The notes below the pieces were generated by a model. It was not told the DNA's origin. It searched no databases and saw only the letters and a program-made list of their open reading frames with translations. Shown in pieces: positions 1 through 12,899 of a stretch of DNA of 64,000 nucleotides. A program made the translations under genes and the position numbers. The stretch's first letter is position 1, and each line of letters opens with the position of its first letter. This DNA comes from Phoronis australis (lineage: Eukaryota; Animalia; Phoronida), in NCBI GenBank assembly GCA_002633005.1, contig NMRA01000475.1:262938-326937 (forward strand), written 5' to 3'.

Positions 1-284
1 ACACACGGGGCTTCAGCATCCACACACTTTTTGTCAGTTAGTTGACCCTGTTGACCGCAATTGTCCACGAATATAGTAACCTTAGGTCTTTTGGGAATTT
101 GTGGCCACCTGTCGAAGACTTGCACCAGGGAAATTAACAGTAATAAGGCTTAGCGCGACGACGTATTTTGATAAAAATTCCATCTTTTACCAGTTGTTTA
201 CATGCAGACAGTCACGCATGCGCAATTCAATCACCACTAGTACAGCAGCGACACCGCGAGGAGAATTCTCCGAATAGCCCCATT
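1..284. repeat. Dispersed repeat end, near-identical to 46783-47066
   Basis: 1-284 (acacacggggcttcagcatcc...ctccgaatagccccatt) recurs in the same orientation at 46783-47066 with only scattered substitutions. Both copies diverge right after 'gaatagccccatt', which suggests an element terminus. Confidence 0.85.
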
Positions 285-1406
285 AGTTTTGGACATTCGT
301 CAGTACCCGCGGTAGAAGTATATATTTGACAGTGGTACCACAGTAAATTGAATAGAACATCAATGCAGCAGTTTGAATTTAACACGAGGTTTAATTACGC
401 TGGAAGATCACACGGTTGTTTGGGCACGATGGACCTGAGACGATGTGATATCCCAGATGGACTCTGACCGTTCAAGAGTCGATCATTCATCAACGTCTGG
501 GCTCGAGGTACAAGACAATGTATGGAAAGACCGTTTCATTAAAACACAACGATGTTAAAAATATCTTCGCAGAGGGTTATCAGACATGACCGCAACGATG
601 CCTAATATTGAGCGCTTCTGCAGGGAGTCTTGAATAAAGCATATTCTATTCTGTTTTATTGAATTCTATTCACCCATGTACCTCGAAAGCTGTTGTTTTC
701 AATCTAAGCACCGCGCAATTCGATAAATGAAGTGTCACTGCGTCTCAATTCTTAGCTTTGGTTTTTCACAATTACAAATAACATTAATTTTTATCGACTA
801 ATCAATGTCATCCGTTATGTTTTACGTATTTGCTATGCTTTTTGCCGTGTTTGTGCCACTGTTGTGCTGTACCGTAACACTAACGAGCTACACTTCGTCG
901 TCTATGCGTTACTGGTAGCAACTAAAGAGTAGAGGGTCGAAACTGTAACGCAAAATTGGCGGCGGGAGGAGTGAGATGCTCATGCGACACAGTCACTACG
1001 TCTCAGTGTTTCTTCTCTGTGTGAAAATCTGAGAGGCACGCTACGCTCCCTTTTGGCTCGCAAAGCACCTAATCCTGACGGAAAAGATTCACCGCTACGC
1101 AAATATTGCAAGGACAGATGAATACGGACTACACAGTTAACACGGCTACTGTGGATGTTTGTGGATCGAATGGAAAAACAATAATTTGAAATCGGATTTT
1201 GAAGTTTTCCTTTGTTAAACATAATCACTTTACCCCTTTCTTTCCTCGCGTTCGCTTGGTGACCTCGATACTGCCTGATTATCCGACAATGCACAGCAAT
1301 AGCGGATTTGCAGCGACGCCATATTGAAATTAGGTTAATATGGTGCATTGTGGGTGCTGTGGTCAGGATTCCGAAAGCGGCCATAGTATCAAGCATAATA
1401 CGCGGT

Positions 1407-1601
1407 ATGAGCGCGAAGAAAACTTACGGCGGATACACTTGTTGTGTTCCTGGCTGCTTCAAAAACAACAAGAGAGATAAAAATCTGAGTTTTTATATGT
1501 TCCCTGCAAACCAAGAACTTCGTGAAAAATGGATAAACAACATTAGGAGAGCTGGGAGTAAGGGGAGATTTAGCGCCTTCAAACCAACGCGGGGCCATCT
1601 A
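1407..1601 (+). pseudogene. THAP zinc-finger domain, N-terminal part (probably from a DNA transposon)
   Basis: Translates MSAKKTYGGYTCCVPGC...LSFYMFP...LREKWINNIRR...FKPTRGHL, containing the THAP C-x4-C, F-P and W signature. It stops just before the expected VCxxHF, at a possible GTAGGC donor (1602) and next to a Helentron-like head. Confidence 0.75.
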
Positions 1602-1612
1602 GTAGGCAACAC

Positions 1613-1976
1613 GTAGCCCCTCGGTTGGCCATATAGGGGCTACAATACTTCCATTCGCTTTCTGTATTCATTTCGTTACTTCAGTGTATTTTAAACTGGC
1701 CGTGACCGGATTTGGGATACCGATTTCGAGTTTTCACCTCTCCAAAAATACAATCTACAATTAAAACTTTAAAAAAACACTTACTTTCATCATTGGTCCT
1801 TTCTACTTCTACACATATCTTTGATGAAGCTTAGTTGTGAGAATTAAGTTGACTTTGGTGAAGAATTACAACTTCACTTTTTTGGTTGCCGTTAATTTTA
1901 TCACCGCGTGCGCGATAACCACAAAGCATGTCAACTGAATCACGTGAGTTAGGCAAAGGTTAGCGCGAGACTGAGC
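1613..1976 (+). mobile_element. 5' part of a Helentron-like non-autonomous element, cut by the gap
   Basis: Head stem GTAGCCCCT...AGGGGCTAC at about 1613-1643. The body (about 1685-1975) is a diverged reverse-complement match to about 44805-45095. Confidence 0.5.
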
Positions 1977-2312
1977 NNNNNNNNNNNNNNNNNNNNNNNN
2001 NNNNNNNNNNNNNNNNNNNNNNNNNNNNNNNNNNNNNNNNNNNNNNNNNNNNNNNNNNNNNNNNNNNNNNNNNNNNNNNNNNNNNNNNNNNNNNNNNNNN
2101 NNNNNNNNNNNNNNNNNNNNNNNNNNNNNNNNNNNNNNNNNNNNNNNNNNNNNNNNNNNNNNNNNNNNNNNNNNNNNNNNNNNNNNNNNNNNNNNNNNNN
2201 NNNNNNNNNNNNNNNNNNNNNNNNNNNNNNNNNNNNNNNNNNNNNNNNNNNNNNNNNNNNNNNNNNNNNNNNNNNNNNNNNNNNNNNNNNNNNNNNNNNN
2301 NNNNNNNNNNNN
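1977..2312. other. Assembly gap (336 N)
   Basis: Run of N characters. Confidence 1.
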
Positions 2313-2724
2313 CGGTCACTGATCATAGCTACGCTGTGTTTACAAACGAGAGAAAGGACTTGCTTGGTATTATAAAGCAAAAAAATGAAACATGGTTTTT
2401 AGTTTGCAAATCACTCCAAATGCACACAGTATCCAGCCTGCTCAAGACATGCCTGACCACAAGCTATCCCATGAGCCTTCGCGAAGGAAGTAACTCGCAC
2501 ATGCGCAATGCGTAATTCGTCTGCGCTGCAAATCCGCTATTGAGAGTATTCGGGTAAAAAGCCAAACGACCTTCACCATAGTTTTCAAAAAATTGCAAAA
2601 CTCCTGTGAACACTGATGAAATGGGTGGAGAAACGTCAATTTTTATTTATTTAATTGTGTTCCGTTTAAAAAAGACGTCGAATTATATTGTACGGAATAA
2701 TCAATAGTTGAATTAACCATAGAT

Positions 2725-2881
2725 CGGGATAGAGTTCAGAAACGCTAGGACCTTGCTAAAAAGCAAGCCTATCGCGAGATTACGTGAGATATTGCCGTGT
2801 ATTTTACATGAGAACACGTGATATTGGTCAGATTTTAGCGAGGTCATAGCGTAGGTCCTAAGGTTATCTGAACTCTACCCA
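2725..2881 (-). mobile_element. About 155-bp palindromic MITE (family shared with 7473-7629 and 27980-28135)
   Basis: Inverted ends gatagagttcaga...tctgaactctaccc. The core is the reverse complement of the 7473 and 27980 copies. Confidence 0.7.
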
Positions 2882-2978
2882 GTCTAGTTATCGTCTGTAG
2901 GATGAGTGAATAAATCTTCTGCTTTGCGGGCTAACGCTGATCCAAATGATTTACGTTGAGCAAGTGTACAATAAACGA

Positions 2979-3061
2979 TTTTAAGGGAAGTTTGATTTTA
3001 AGGCAAGTTTGATTTTAAGGCAAGTTTGATTTTAAGGCAAGTTTGATTTTAAGGGAAATTT
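2979..3061. repeat. 17-bp minisatellite (ttttaaggcaagtttga), about 5 copies
   Basis: Direct tandem units are visible. Confidence 0.9.
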
Positions 3062-6000
3062 CATTGAATACAAGGCCTAAACAGGTTCAAATAATGTTTC
3101 CGTTCTATGTGCGTGCGTAGAGCCGGATAATTTAACTTTAATGAGAAATCTTCCTCACGCAACTTTACTTGGTGACTACAATACTCTTCATACACTGAGA
3201 TCACACAATCACACTTCATTGTGGCGGCGGCCTCTGCATCCTCTGGGAGTATTCACCACCACGCCCATTTTGAAATCATGCGAGGCATTTCCTGTTCTAT
3301 TACCCGTAAATCGGAATGATTCCTAAATAGTTGCGCGTTTTAGGAATCCACAAACTGGCTACCCAGTATATAGATTTACTTCGGTTTGGCTTACGTCAAC
3401 ATAAAGCGCAGCACAGGCCTACTGTGATTATCTGGTCATTATTGTTACGACTAATAATGATAGAAGACTATGCCCTATTCCGGACATAGCGCAATCGCAA
3501 AATCGATTCGATTCCAGGTACGACATTGCAGCGTGCGCTTCTAAACTTTTTAGGAAATTACACCAAGGAAAGTGTTAATCCTTCCTGAGCGCTACTCTTG
3601 CAGGATTTTGTGGACAGTTTTGTAACATTGTTGGCAGCCAAGGTTTAGTAAAGCAGTACAGCAGGCCACTTAACAACAGTCATAAATGAGGTAAGAGAAT
3701 TCTTCTTGTGGCTATTAGTTCTGAATTTGATTAGCCCAAACGATTAGGAAAATATAGTTTTTTTATCGCATTTTTTACTTCGCCTTCGGGCTCCCATAAG
3801 TGACACGAGCCACTGGGCCGGATCTCTCTTGACACTCTCCTCTCGACACCATTGCGCTAAATAATCGGAAATAGAATCCTATCACGGTAAGGAATATTAT
3901 TAGACCCGTTCATGCAGAGTAGAAAGCCAAATTCGTTTTCGCTTTTTAGCCAGGGCGAAATGAATCTTGGGTCCACAAAGGCGTCCTATCAGCCGTCTGA
4001 GGGGAAATTAGCTTAACACTAATTTACGTAATATTAATATTAACGTGCGATAACCGAGGGTGAACAGAGCCCTACCATCTACAAGTTACGCCATTTGAAG
4101 ATAAACTTCACACGGCAAGCATGCAGATCTGTCGTCTGATTTGGGACGGGCAATAAGAAGGAAGATCAAACGTCAGACGAGTGTTTACAAGTGAATGTTT
4201 TTTCAGATGGCGGATCACGCGTCCGATCCGCCTTTGACCAAACGGCATGTGGACGCTATGTCTATGCGCAGGCCCTTTTATACAACGTACAGATGTCCTG
4301 ATAACAGTTCCGTCGTGCCACAACTAAAAGTTGGGTTTTTACCAATTATGACAGAGTCTGGGAGGTTTCGACGAACTTCTGTAAGTAAAAGACTTTGGAA
4401 AGTCGGCACACGTAGTCAAGATGAGGAAGAAAATCATTTTGTTTTCCATTGAGAGAACATTTTCTTATTAGAGATCGAAACTTCCTTATAAGTTTGTAAG
4501 TAATAGAAAGTACAAAAATGTTAATAGATTTGTAAATTTCATTCCTCAGTCTTTGGAACCTAGAAAAGTTTTACTGGTGCTATTGGTGATTTCTTGCTGA
4601 TCTTTTTGGTGACTTGTAGGCCTTGGTAACTGGACACAGTAGTGTTCAAGTTTATTTATTTTTTATTCAGTGTTTTCTATGGTTGTACAGCGATGTCAAT
4701 GTAATAAGATACATACACACGGATTTTGGCCACGTAGCCATTCTGCAAAAATCACAGCAGATTTACACACAACACCACAAACTACAGTGTCTACCCGTAT
4801 TTACTAGTGCACAGACGTACGTATTTACATATATTTAAGCTACGCCGGAGTCAATTACGTTTTTTATATTCAGTATTAAATTTAAACTGGTATAAAACTG
4901 AACTGCGCCAAAAAACTTGACGAAGGCCACTTGCAGCTACAAAACCGGCCTCAACTTATTCTTTGCTCAAATGAGAAGTGACGTCAGGCTTGGGTAAAAC
5001 TGACAGCTCGTTATTGGTTGAGCGTATGTTCTGAGCGCATAAAATGGCCGGTCGCAACAACCAAACTTATGTAGCCTGGTGTAAAATTAATAACGAAATT
5101 TCTATACCTCATGACCCCAGAAATTCACCTCCGAAGGCCAACAAGGATATTATGATTAGTACGTTCTGATGTGTGTTGTTTTTGAAAAGTGATGCGGTGG
5201 TGCGGGGTTTTTGCCGCCCAAATTTTCAAAAATAAAAAGTCACCTCGGCTAAAATGGCTCGGAATCCTTCTTCTTACCCAGCGTCACCTAATGTGAGCTG
5301 TGAGGTGCAGGTTTCAAAACAAGACGGGTCCAAACCAAAACCAGGTATACTATTTCGTGAGGAAGGAACCAGTTGAAATCAGGATCGAGTTCAATTACAC
5401 TAGAAAAGCAGGATCTGGCGAGATTTCGCGAGATATCGCTCGCAGCGCTATAGCTATTGAATTCTACCCAGGCAAGAGTTCAATAACTCTAGCGTCGCGC
5501 TAAAAAAGCAACATCTCGTGGAATATCGCCTTAGTACGGAGATTCCAAAGGGAGATGATGTGAAAAAAATTCAAGATTTTTACGTTCCTTTACAAAATTT
5601 TTGCATTCCCTCGCAAATGTTTTATGTTGCCTCGCAATCTTTTTACTTTCCGTCTCAAAATTATACCGTTCCCTCGCAAAAATGCAGGATACCTCAAAAC
5701 GCGCACCAAACAACTCGGGCAAATGAGACTTTACAGGTTTAATTCTAATCACGCTGTCACGGAAGGGCTGTTTCTGTCCCGGAGGCACAGATCCTATATT
5801 TGTTTGAGGTGTGCAGCTGGACCTTGAAATTGGCGACCATGTTATTACCTTGCAAATATGAAAATTGCTACCCATATTTATACCACAGCTTCAAATATGT
5901 GACTCATTGTTTATATCAAAAGGCAAAAAGTATGCACCATTACTGATATAAACATTGAAAAGGTGGCCAGACCTTCTTGATTCCTACCTAAGACCGACTC

Positions 6001-7174
6001 ACGATATCCCGGGGTGCGAAATGTTATCACCAAAGTAGCGGATCTACCATTATGCTAATGACGCTTAAGCATGAGGCCCCACATCAGAGGGGGATCCCCT
6101 GGTTCGTGGTGAAACCGAGTAATTTTTCTAATTACTGAAGAAGTTTTAACATTTTCATGATTAATTTTTCTAACTACTGAAGAATTTTTAAAATATTCAT
6201 GATATAGGCTAAAGGGCCTCAGCGGCGCTCACCTTCACCTGGCGTGTAAACAGTATTAACTTTTAAATTAATACTGTTTTTAAATTAAATTAAACGCGGC
6301 GTCAGTCTTTTTAAAACTGACTCTTAACTTGGGCCGCGTTTGGCCAGTATTCATTGGAACAAATCATCTTTGATCCCCAAGGTCAATGTCCTTGCATTCT
6401 TTAATAACAATCGCGGATAAGATTTTCTGGATTCCTAAAAAATCTTCAATCAAAATATTGCTAATGACCTCAACTTGCGCCTGATGATTGGATTGTAGCT
6501 CAGAGAAAGGCGGTGTTCTGCGGGAGAAGCCCTAGTTTGTATGGAACGTAAAATCCTGTACCGGTTTCAGAAATTTCAAAATCAATCAAAAAAGTATAAA
6601 TCCCAGCATTCAACAGCTTCAAAACCAATCACTTACTGAAAATTGCGGATTTACACTATAAATCAGCAACATCAGTTTTCATTTTGCGCTTCATTTTCAA
6701 ACAAAGGCCCTTTATGACAAGCCTCAGCATGTTTGCTCCTTTTGAACATTCTGGGAAATATGAATAACTGGGCACTCATGACAGTAATCATTTGTTAGCC
6801 GCTTTTTGGTAGTAAATCTGCCTAAAAAGCATATTTTTCGGTTACGAATAGACGCGTTGGTTGACAAAGAGAAGACCCTATAAAAACTCACTTCAAAACG
6901 TCCGTCAAAAGTGATAAAACCATTGGATTGCAGCAACTTTACAATTGTGAAGATATCCGATTAAAATGAGTTCACGCTTATGATGTTATTGATTGACTAA
7001 TACCTAGTGATCAAAATAGCCACGAGAACACAACTTGTCCTTGAATATATATGTCATCCTTGTTTTCCTTGTTTTTATTGTTGTCCACGCTTTGCTAGAT
7101 GAATGATGGTGTAAAACGCCGTGCTTCATTTCTTGTCAAATACGTTCACAATGCGCACTGAAGTAGCCAGTTAA

Positions 7175-7437
7175 AGGGCCCCGCCACACTATGACGAATA
7201 GCTTCAGCGTACGCGAATTTTCGGGAAGTATTTTGCGATTTCTTAAGCTATATAGGACCGCAAACTGTCGTCATTTTATGTAGTGGCGACGGTCGCAACT
7301 GCATAAAATGACGGCAGTTTATGCCTAGCTCTCAAACGGACTTCGTCGTATTCCTGAAAACATTAAAAATGTCTTGTCGGCTTGCATACGCTGAGCATAC
7401 ATACGCTGGGGCAATTCGTCATAGCGTGAAGGGGTCT
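7175..7437. mobile_element. PIF/Harbinger-like MITE
   Basis: TIRs GGGCCCCGCCACACTATGACGAAT / ATTCGTCATAGCGTGAAGGGGTC, with TAA on both sides. Confidence 0.65.
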
Positions 7438-7472
7438 TAAAGTATCAGGGAGAGAAGAGTGCAAACGGAAAA

Positions 7473-7629
7473 CAGGCGTGCGTTCAGTAGACACTAGGAC
7501 CTACGCTAGGACCTAGCTAAAACCTAGTCAAAGTCACGTGTTCTCATTTAATATGCACGAAAATATCTCACGTAATCTCGCAAAGTCTTCCTTTTTAGCG
7601 AGGTCCTAACGTTACTGAACGGGAGGCTG
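7473..7629 (+). mobile_element. About 155-bp palindromic MITE
   Basis: Ends caggcgtgcgttcagta...tactgaacgggaggctg; close copy at 27980-28135. Confidence 0.75.
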
Positions 7630-8509
7630 ATTTGAGCGTAAAAGACGAGAGATCTTTTGTAATACACAGCGGGACTCTAGTGGCCCCTTGTGCCTCTCGT
7701 CACTGCGCACATAACCTACAGAAATACATGTATTAATGTCTCACGCCACTTCAGTATTTTCCAGTTGTTGGCGATAGTAAGTGACGTATGTGCCAAATAT
7801 TTGCGAGGGAACGCCAATAATTTGCGAGGGAACACAAAATATTTGCGAGGGAACACAAAATATTTGCGAGGGAACGCAAAAATTTTGAAGTTCGTTTTAT
7901 CGCATCATGTCCCTTTAGAACTGAGCTCCGTACCAGTTAATGAACTCGACGTGAGGGTAACGTTCCTTACAAGCTTCATGTGACGAAAGCAAGACCACAC
8001 GCAAGTGAAAGGCCATTGTTTCGCGAGCAACGAAGCAAAATAGCGGTCACAAAGTGATTGGTAGGAGTGGTCGAAATGTTGAATTATGTGCTATAATTCA
8101 TAAATTATGGGACAGAATTCACACTGTTTCCGTTACCTAAGCAAAGATTTCGTGCCGCAAGTGTATGGCTAATATATTGCGTCTTCGAAACGCTGCCCAG
8201 TTTTATAAATGTAAGTGGTTTAGACCCGATGTTAGTTTTCTGACGAAAGGAGGCGAGTACAGGTGAACAATTGCGAATTTCTGGTTAAGACTGTATTAAA
8301 CGATGCTTCGCCAGATCAAAAATGACTAACTTCAAAGTAAGTTGACTTGCCTGACGACTTTTCCGTAATGCGTCGACAAAATTAAATCGACACTTGCCAT
8401 GGGGTGAAACGGCATGTCCCAAGTTAACTGTCACATTACCGAAGTAGCTCCCGATATGGCTTTAGCTAACATCATATATCATAAGATTTCACATTTGTTC
8501 CATGACTGA

Positions 8510-8644
8510 TTACGAATTCCCCCCAAGTATAGTGAGAGTTCCATTCTCAATTAACGCTGTCAAATTACACACGGTGGCGCTGTCTTCGAAGTTGGGTCGA
8601 AACTCCACCAGCACAACGAAGTATGTCATTAAAATTCCCAGTAT
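8510..8644 (-). CDS. Gustatory receptor-like (GRL) gene, coding exon 4 (terminal)
   Basis: Acceptor ttttttcag, then ILGILMTYFVVLVEFRPNFEDSATVCNLTALIENGTLTILGGNS* (135 nt with stop). TYFVVLVEF matches the GR/GRL TM7 motif TYhhhhhQF. Confidence 0.88.
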   Translation of the reverse strand: MLGILMTYFVVLVEFRPNFEDSATVCNLTALIENGTLTILGGNS

Positions 8645-8822
8645 CTGAAAAAAGTTTTTAAGTACAAGTCAAAACGCATATAATAATCTTTTCAGTGAAA
8701 TAAGAAGATAGTCAGTATTACCAAAGGCCCGTTTTATCAACGGCTTCACGTCCAGTCGTTCATGTAGCTACTACTGACCTCTGCACATAAGATTTTAACC
8801 AGTATACATTTCGTAAGTGGTT

Positions 8823-8972
8823 CATGGGCAGAGAAACACTGAAAAAAGTGGGAGGCTATGTCCCCCCCACCTCCTCTGTGGTGCACAGCCAACAGACCAT
8901 GAGCGGCGCATCGCTGAAAAAATTGGGTAGGCTATAGCCCCACCTCCAGCCCCCTATGGTGCGCCACGCATG
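8823..8972. mobile_element. Tiny dimeric MITE with a 5-bp TSD, in GRL intron 3
   Basis: Two related units of about 75 bp (catg...ctgaaaaaa.tggg.aggctat..cccc...ggtgc). TGGTT flanks both sides (8818-8822, 8973-8977). Confidence 0.55.
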
Positions 8973-9791
8973 TGGTTGCTGAGTGTGAACACGCTCTAAG
9001 GTTAGTTGCAATGTTTAGTTCAGTCTTGTAAAAAAACTCGTCTCCTGCGCAAACAAGTGTCCACAAACATGATAGTTATGGCCGAGCAAGCCACAGGAAT
9101 AGCATTCTTGTTAAAGATCGTGCGACTGGTCGTACCTGGGAAGACCGTAGGCACGTTACATGCGTTTTATATGGCCTCAGGACGTAAACAATAAGATTCC
9201 ACTTTTTCTACAATATGACATTTAATGGTTTTCATCCTCAAACAGACCTTTCATGGAATCAGCAACGACAAAACACCAGCAGAATCGACGTGCCGTGATT
9301 TTTTCGAGAAGGTCAACCCTCCCAAATTTGGTCCGCTTCACATCATTTGTGCGTCATTTTTCAATTCGTTTTGATGACACTATCTAAATGTTCAAATGGC
9401 AAAGAAATCTGAGACCTGTTTTTAGAGATATTCAGCTTAGTAGCTCAGCCATGTTTGAGGAGCGAATAACCGGAAGGAAATGCCTTTCAATTGTTTTCGA
9501 TTCTGAGTTACTGAAAACTGTAAAACTTGTTTTCGTACAGCCCTGTCCCAGCCAAACCTATGTGGGACATGACCCTGGAACTCAAAAAGCGTTACGGAAC
9601 CCTGGATTAGGCCTACTTGATTTTTGCCCCAGGGAGTGCCTGAATTGTTTCAAGGAACTACAACTTCGAGACTTGTCATTCCGGTCTAGAAATTGCGTTC
9701 ACAATTTTACGCACCGTACATGTGAACCAAAAAATAGTTTAACATGGTTTATCTCAAGCTGCATATCTAGACTGTAGAGTTCCCTTATTAC

Positions 9792-9881
9792 CGTCAGTAT
9801 GGTCATTTTATCAATCGTGAAGAGAGATCCAACTGTGAGACCAATTGGGGGACCGTTCAGCTTTTGTAAAAACACGCTCAT
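9792..9881 (-). CDS. GRL gene, coding exon 3
   Basis: tttttttcag|MSVFLQKLNGPPIGLTVGSLFTIDKMTILT|gtaata. 90 nt, phase 0/0, matching the GR/GRL 'hTxxGhFxhd' pre-TM7 segment. Confidence 0.9.
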
Positions 9882-10412
9882 CTGAAAAAAATGAATGGTA
9901 TTCACATAAACAACCTCAGGGACTTGCAGTCAGATACAAGTGTAATGTACACGTCGTGTTGTTCTTCAGACATGTGGTTACATTTGAGCGACTGCATTAG
10001 CGATTGGTTATTTTTACGGATAACAATAGACTCGACAGACAGACGAGTTTTGACCTCATGACGATATTCTAGACTCTGGTAAAGATCTCTTACTGGAAAA
10101 ACATTGAGCAGACGGAGTGTTATGGTGTCCGTAAGAACGAAGTTCGTATACATTTAGACCAAGTACTTACACTCATATAACAAAAATTGCACAGCGATCG
10201 GTCAGAAAAACTTCATTCCGTTACTGGAATGATTAGTCCAAAGCACATACAGAAACACCGCGACATGCTACACTTTTTCTGAAAGGAACATTTGTCAATA
10301 AATGTAAGCCTATCTGAACGAAAACTTGTTTTAAAATTGAAAACTAAAAGACACGTAAAGTAACATATTTGGACAAACACTTCTTAACCTTAAAAACAAT
10401 CGAAACTCCTTT

Positions 10413-10625
10413 TGGGATCGGCCCACTGTTCTCCCGGTCCCCCGTTAACCCGACCACATGTTCCCGAACCGATGTTCCCGTGTCCCTACATGTATGTTCC
10501 CCCGTCCCGATGTTTCCCGCCTAGATGTGGCCCCTGCCCTATGTTCCCCTGCTCCGGTGATCCCCCGCCTCGATGTTTCCGCGGCCCTATTTTCCCCCTG
10601 TTCCGATATTCCCCCGGTCCAATTG
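10413..10625. repeat. Degenerate C-rich (atgttccc-containing) tandem array, probable transposon subterminal repeat
   Basis: Repeated atgttccc/tgtttccc motifs at roughly 15-17 bp spacing in GRL intron 2. Confidence 0.6.
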
Positions 10626-10864
10626 TCTCGTTGTTTGCTCTTCTCGCTAATTTTGTGCGTTTAAAGTCAGCCTTGGTATGGTTATCGGCTTTTTAGTTTC
10701 GATAAAACCCGAAGTGTGCGTCTTTCAGGTTTTTATACGTTTCACGTCTGTTTGACTTGGTCAACATCAACACTGGTTATTTAGGACAAAGAGAGTCATA
10801 TATTTAAAGTTTTGCTTTCAGTGCACCAAAAACTCTTTACCGGAACATTTTACTTGTGACTTAC

Positions 10865-10933
10865 CTCAATTTGATCCTCCTTCGTAAGTGATTGTAGGTC
10901 GATGTTATAAAGGTGGCACAACGGCTTGTGAGC
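10865..10933 (-). CDS. GRL gene, coding exon 2
   Basis: atttcag|AHKPLCHLYNIDLQSLTKEDQIE|gtaagt. 69 nt, phase 0/0, joining exon 1 (...AAVNTK) and exon 3 in frame. Confidence 0.85.
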
Positions 10934-12899
10934 CTGAAATTTAATTTATCAAATTGATTTGATTTTATGCACAAACCTGAGCACGTTCCGTAACGGTAGT
11001 CACTCGTCACTAGACACCTGCGAATACTATATACGTACTCCAAAAATTTATCACTGACCTGAGAGTCCAACCACTTCTGAGTGGCGACCATTTCGCTAGT
11101 GATCGCTCGTGCGACCGCAAGCTTACCCAATAAACACCAAATTTTCTTAGCGGGTTTTTGAGTGATATCACTTAATTCGTAAGCAAGTAGTTGAATTTCT
11201 CCGATCTCGTCCACCTCGCACACTTTGGCCTGCAAATAATTTAGCATTGACTTCCCGTGGGTGAACACCATACACGGTCAGCGCGCCTGCTGCTTACCCA
11301 CGAAACCGAATGTGGAATTCCGTTCCATTCAACATCATATTGACTGCAGCTATTGCTGCATTAAAATCCTTCATCAAAACTTTCGTTTTTAACGAAGCCT
11401 TCCATAACTTATGAAATATGTGACGATTTTAATTAATTGTCTAAATATTGTTCTTGTGGTAATTGTTAATATCAGTATTGTTTTGGTATTTTACAAATTC
11501 CGTAATGCTTGTCGAATAGCATCTTTCATAGTTTTGGACTAATAAAAATAAACTATTTTCATTTTCATTATCATGAAACCGAGCGTCGTCGCTTTTATTT
11601 CGATTGCCTTCCTCTTATCTATCTGAGAATTTGGCCCAATGGAGTTCTATATAAAGCATAGTTTGCTATTCAAACCTTACTTACTGACGCCGGTTTCATT
11701 AGTGCTGACAAGCCACACGTTACCCTAACAGACCCGGCCAGTATTACACAAGACCGCCTAATCTGTTTTTCATCTAAATATAGACTCATCTCTGCAACTG
11801 TTTGGGAAACAGTTAGTCCAGCCTGCATTTAATCATATTTTACGTAAGTATAGTTTTTCCACCATTACAACGGAACTCCGACTCCCATTAATATGAAGAC
11901 GTCCCAAACAAATTACGCCAGCGCGTGACTCATATCGTTCAGTTAGTGACTTTTTCACGACCAGTTTCTCTACGACAAGACGACTTTTCAAGGTTCGTTT
12001 CCAATATTATCTTTATTTTAAAAGCTCCTATGCAAACTAAGTATTCCGAATAGCATCTCGTTAAGTGTTGTTTCATACTTTACCAGTTAAACGACTTCTG
12101 TCTGAGAATTCCTCCTAAAAAGCTGTTTATGGGGCTGATCCTTACCAAACATTTATTAAAAGTTTGGCTACACAATTGCTACTTTTCAATATCTTTGTTT
12201 AATAACCAAAATGCTATTACGATCAAAGCAGCTACAACCTGGTATTTCGCGACAAATAAGTCAAGTTTTGCTTTAAATCACATAAACACTTGGCCAAAAA
12301 ATTGTTTATTTGCCAACAAATGGGATTTCTGACTAGACTTCTGGTCTTGGAAAGAACAGGCTTCACAACTTGACTTGTCACGACGTGTCATTTTATTCAC
12401 TGAGCATGATCTCAAGCAATAAAGAGTTGTCAGTGTTCTACAAGACGGCTTTAAAATGTATAACTTCTTGAATTAGGCAATATATGTTACATCGGCAGCA
12501 TGCGCGGTATGATTGAATGAACACATCTCTTCGTGTGCGAGATATTGGTAGCTGTCATTAAATGCAAATTATCAATCGACCCGGCTTTAATTTGTTAGGT
12601 ATAATGAAAAACGTATGAGAAATTTGACAAGTGTCTTTGTTTGCGTGACAGCTCACAATAATCCCATAGTTTAATTTCGATAAAGCAATAAAAATGTGAA
12701 GTTTGTTTTGTGAAAGTCTATAGTCGATAAAGACATCCTGACAACATACTTGGCACTAATCTTTTGGGCTAAGCATTGGAGGATTTTTAAAATACCTAGG
12801 AAGGTTCCCAATCAATTTTTTAACAACTGTGCCGTGTTGAAGTCGTTGGACCAAAATTTGGCAACTAAGACGGCGAAACTTCAATTAAATGTCATATAG

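Larger units (their letters stand above)
5535..7932. mobile_element. About 2.4-kb TIR element with subterminal 21-bp repeat arrays and nested MITEs
   Basis: Left end TACGGAG..AAAGGGAGATGATG is followed by degenerate (gttccctcgcaaa) repeats at about 5575-5685. Right end has (aaatatttgcgagggaac) x4 at about 7795-7885 followed by CATCATGTCCCTTT..CTCCGTA, the reverse complement of the left end. TA at both extremes. Confidence 0.65.

Noticed and set aside
1949-2380. ORFs made mostly of X
   Set aside because: They span the N gap.
3470-4080. Crypton-like non-autonomous remnants (also about 24780-24990)
   Set aside because: The resemblance rests on short recalled motifs only, and boundaries could not be defined.
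10861-11271. 136-aa minus-strand ORF, including an AG...GT-bounded segment, as GRL exon 2
   Set aside because: It has no GRL-like residues. The 69-nt exon at 10933-10865, in another frame, gives the expected AHxPL start and strong splice sites.
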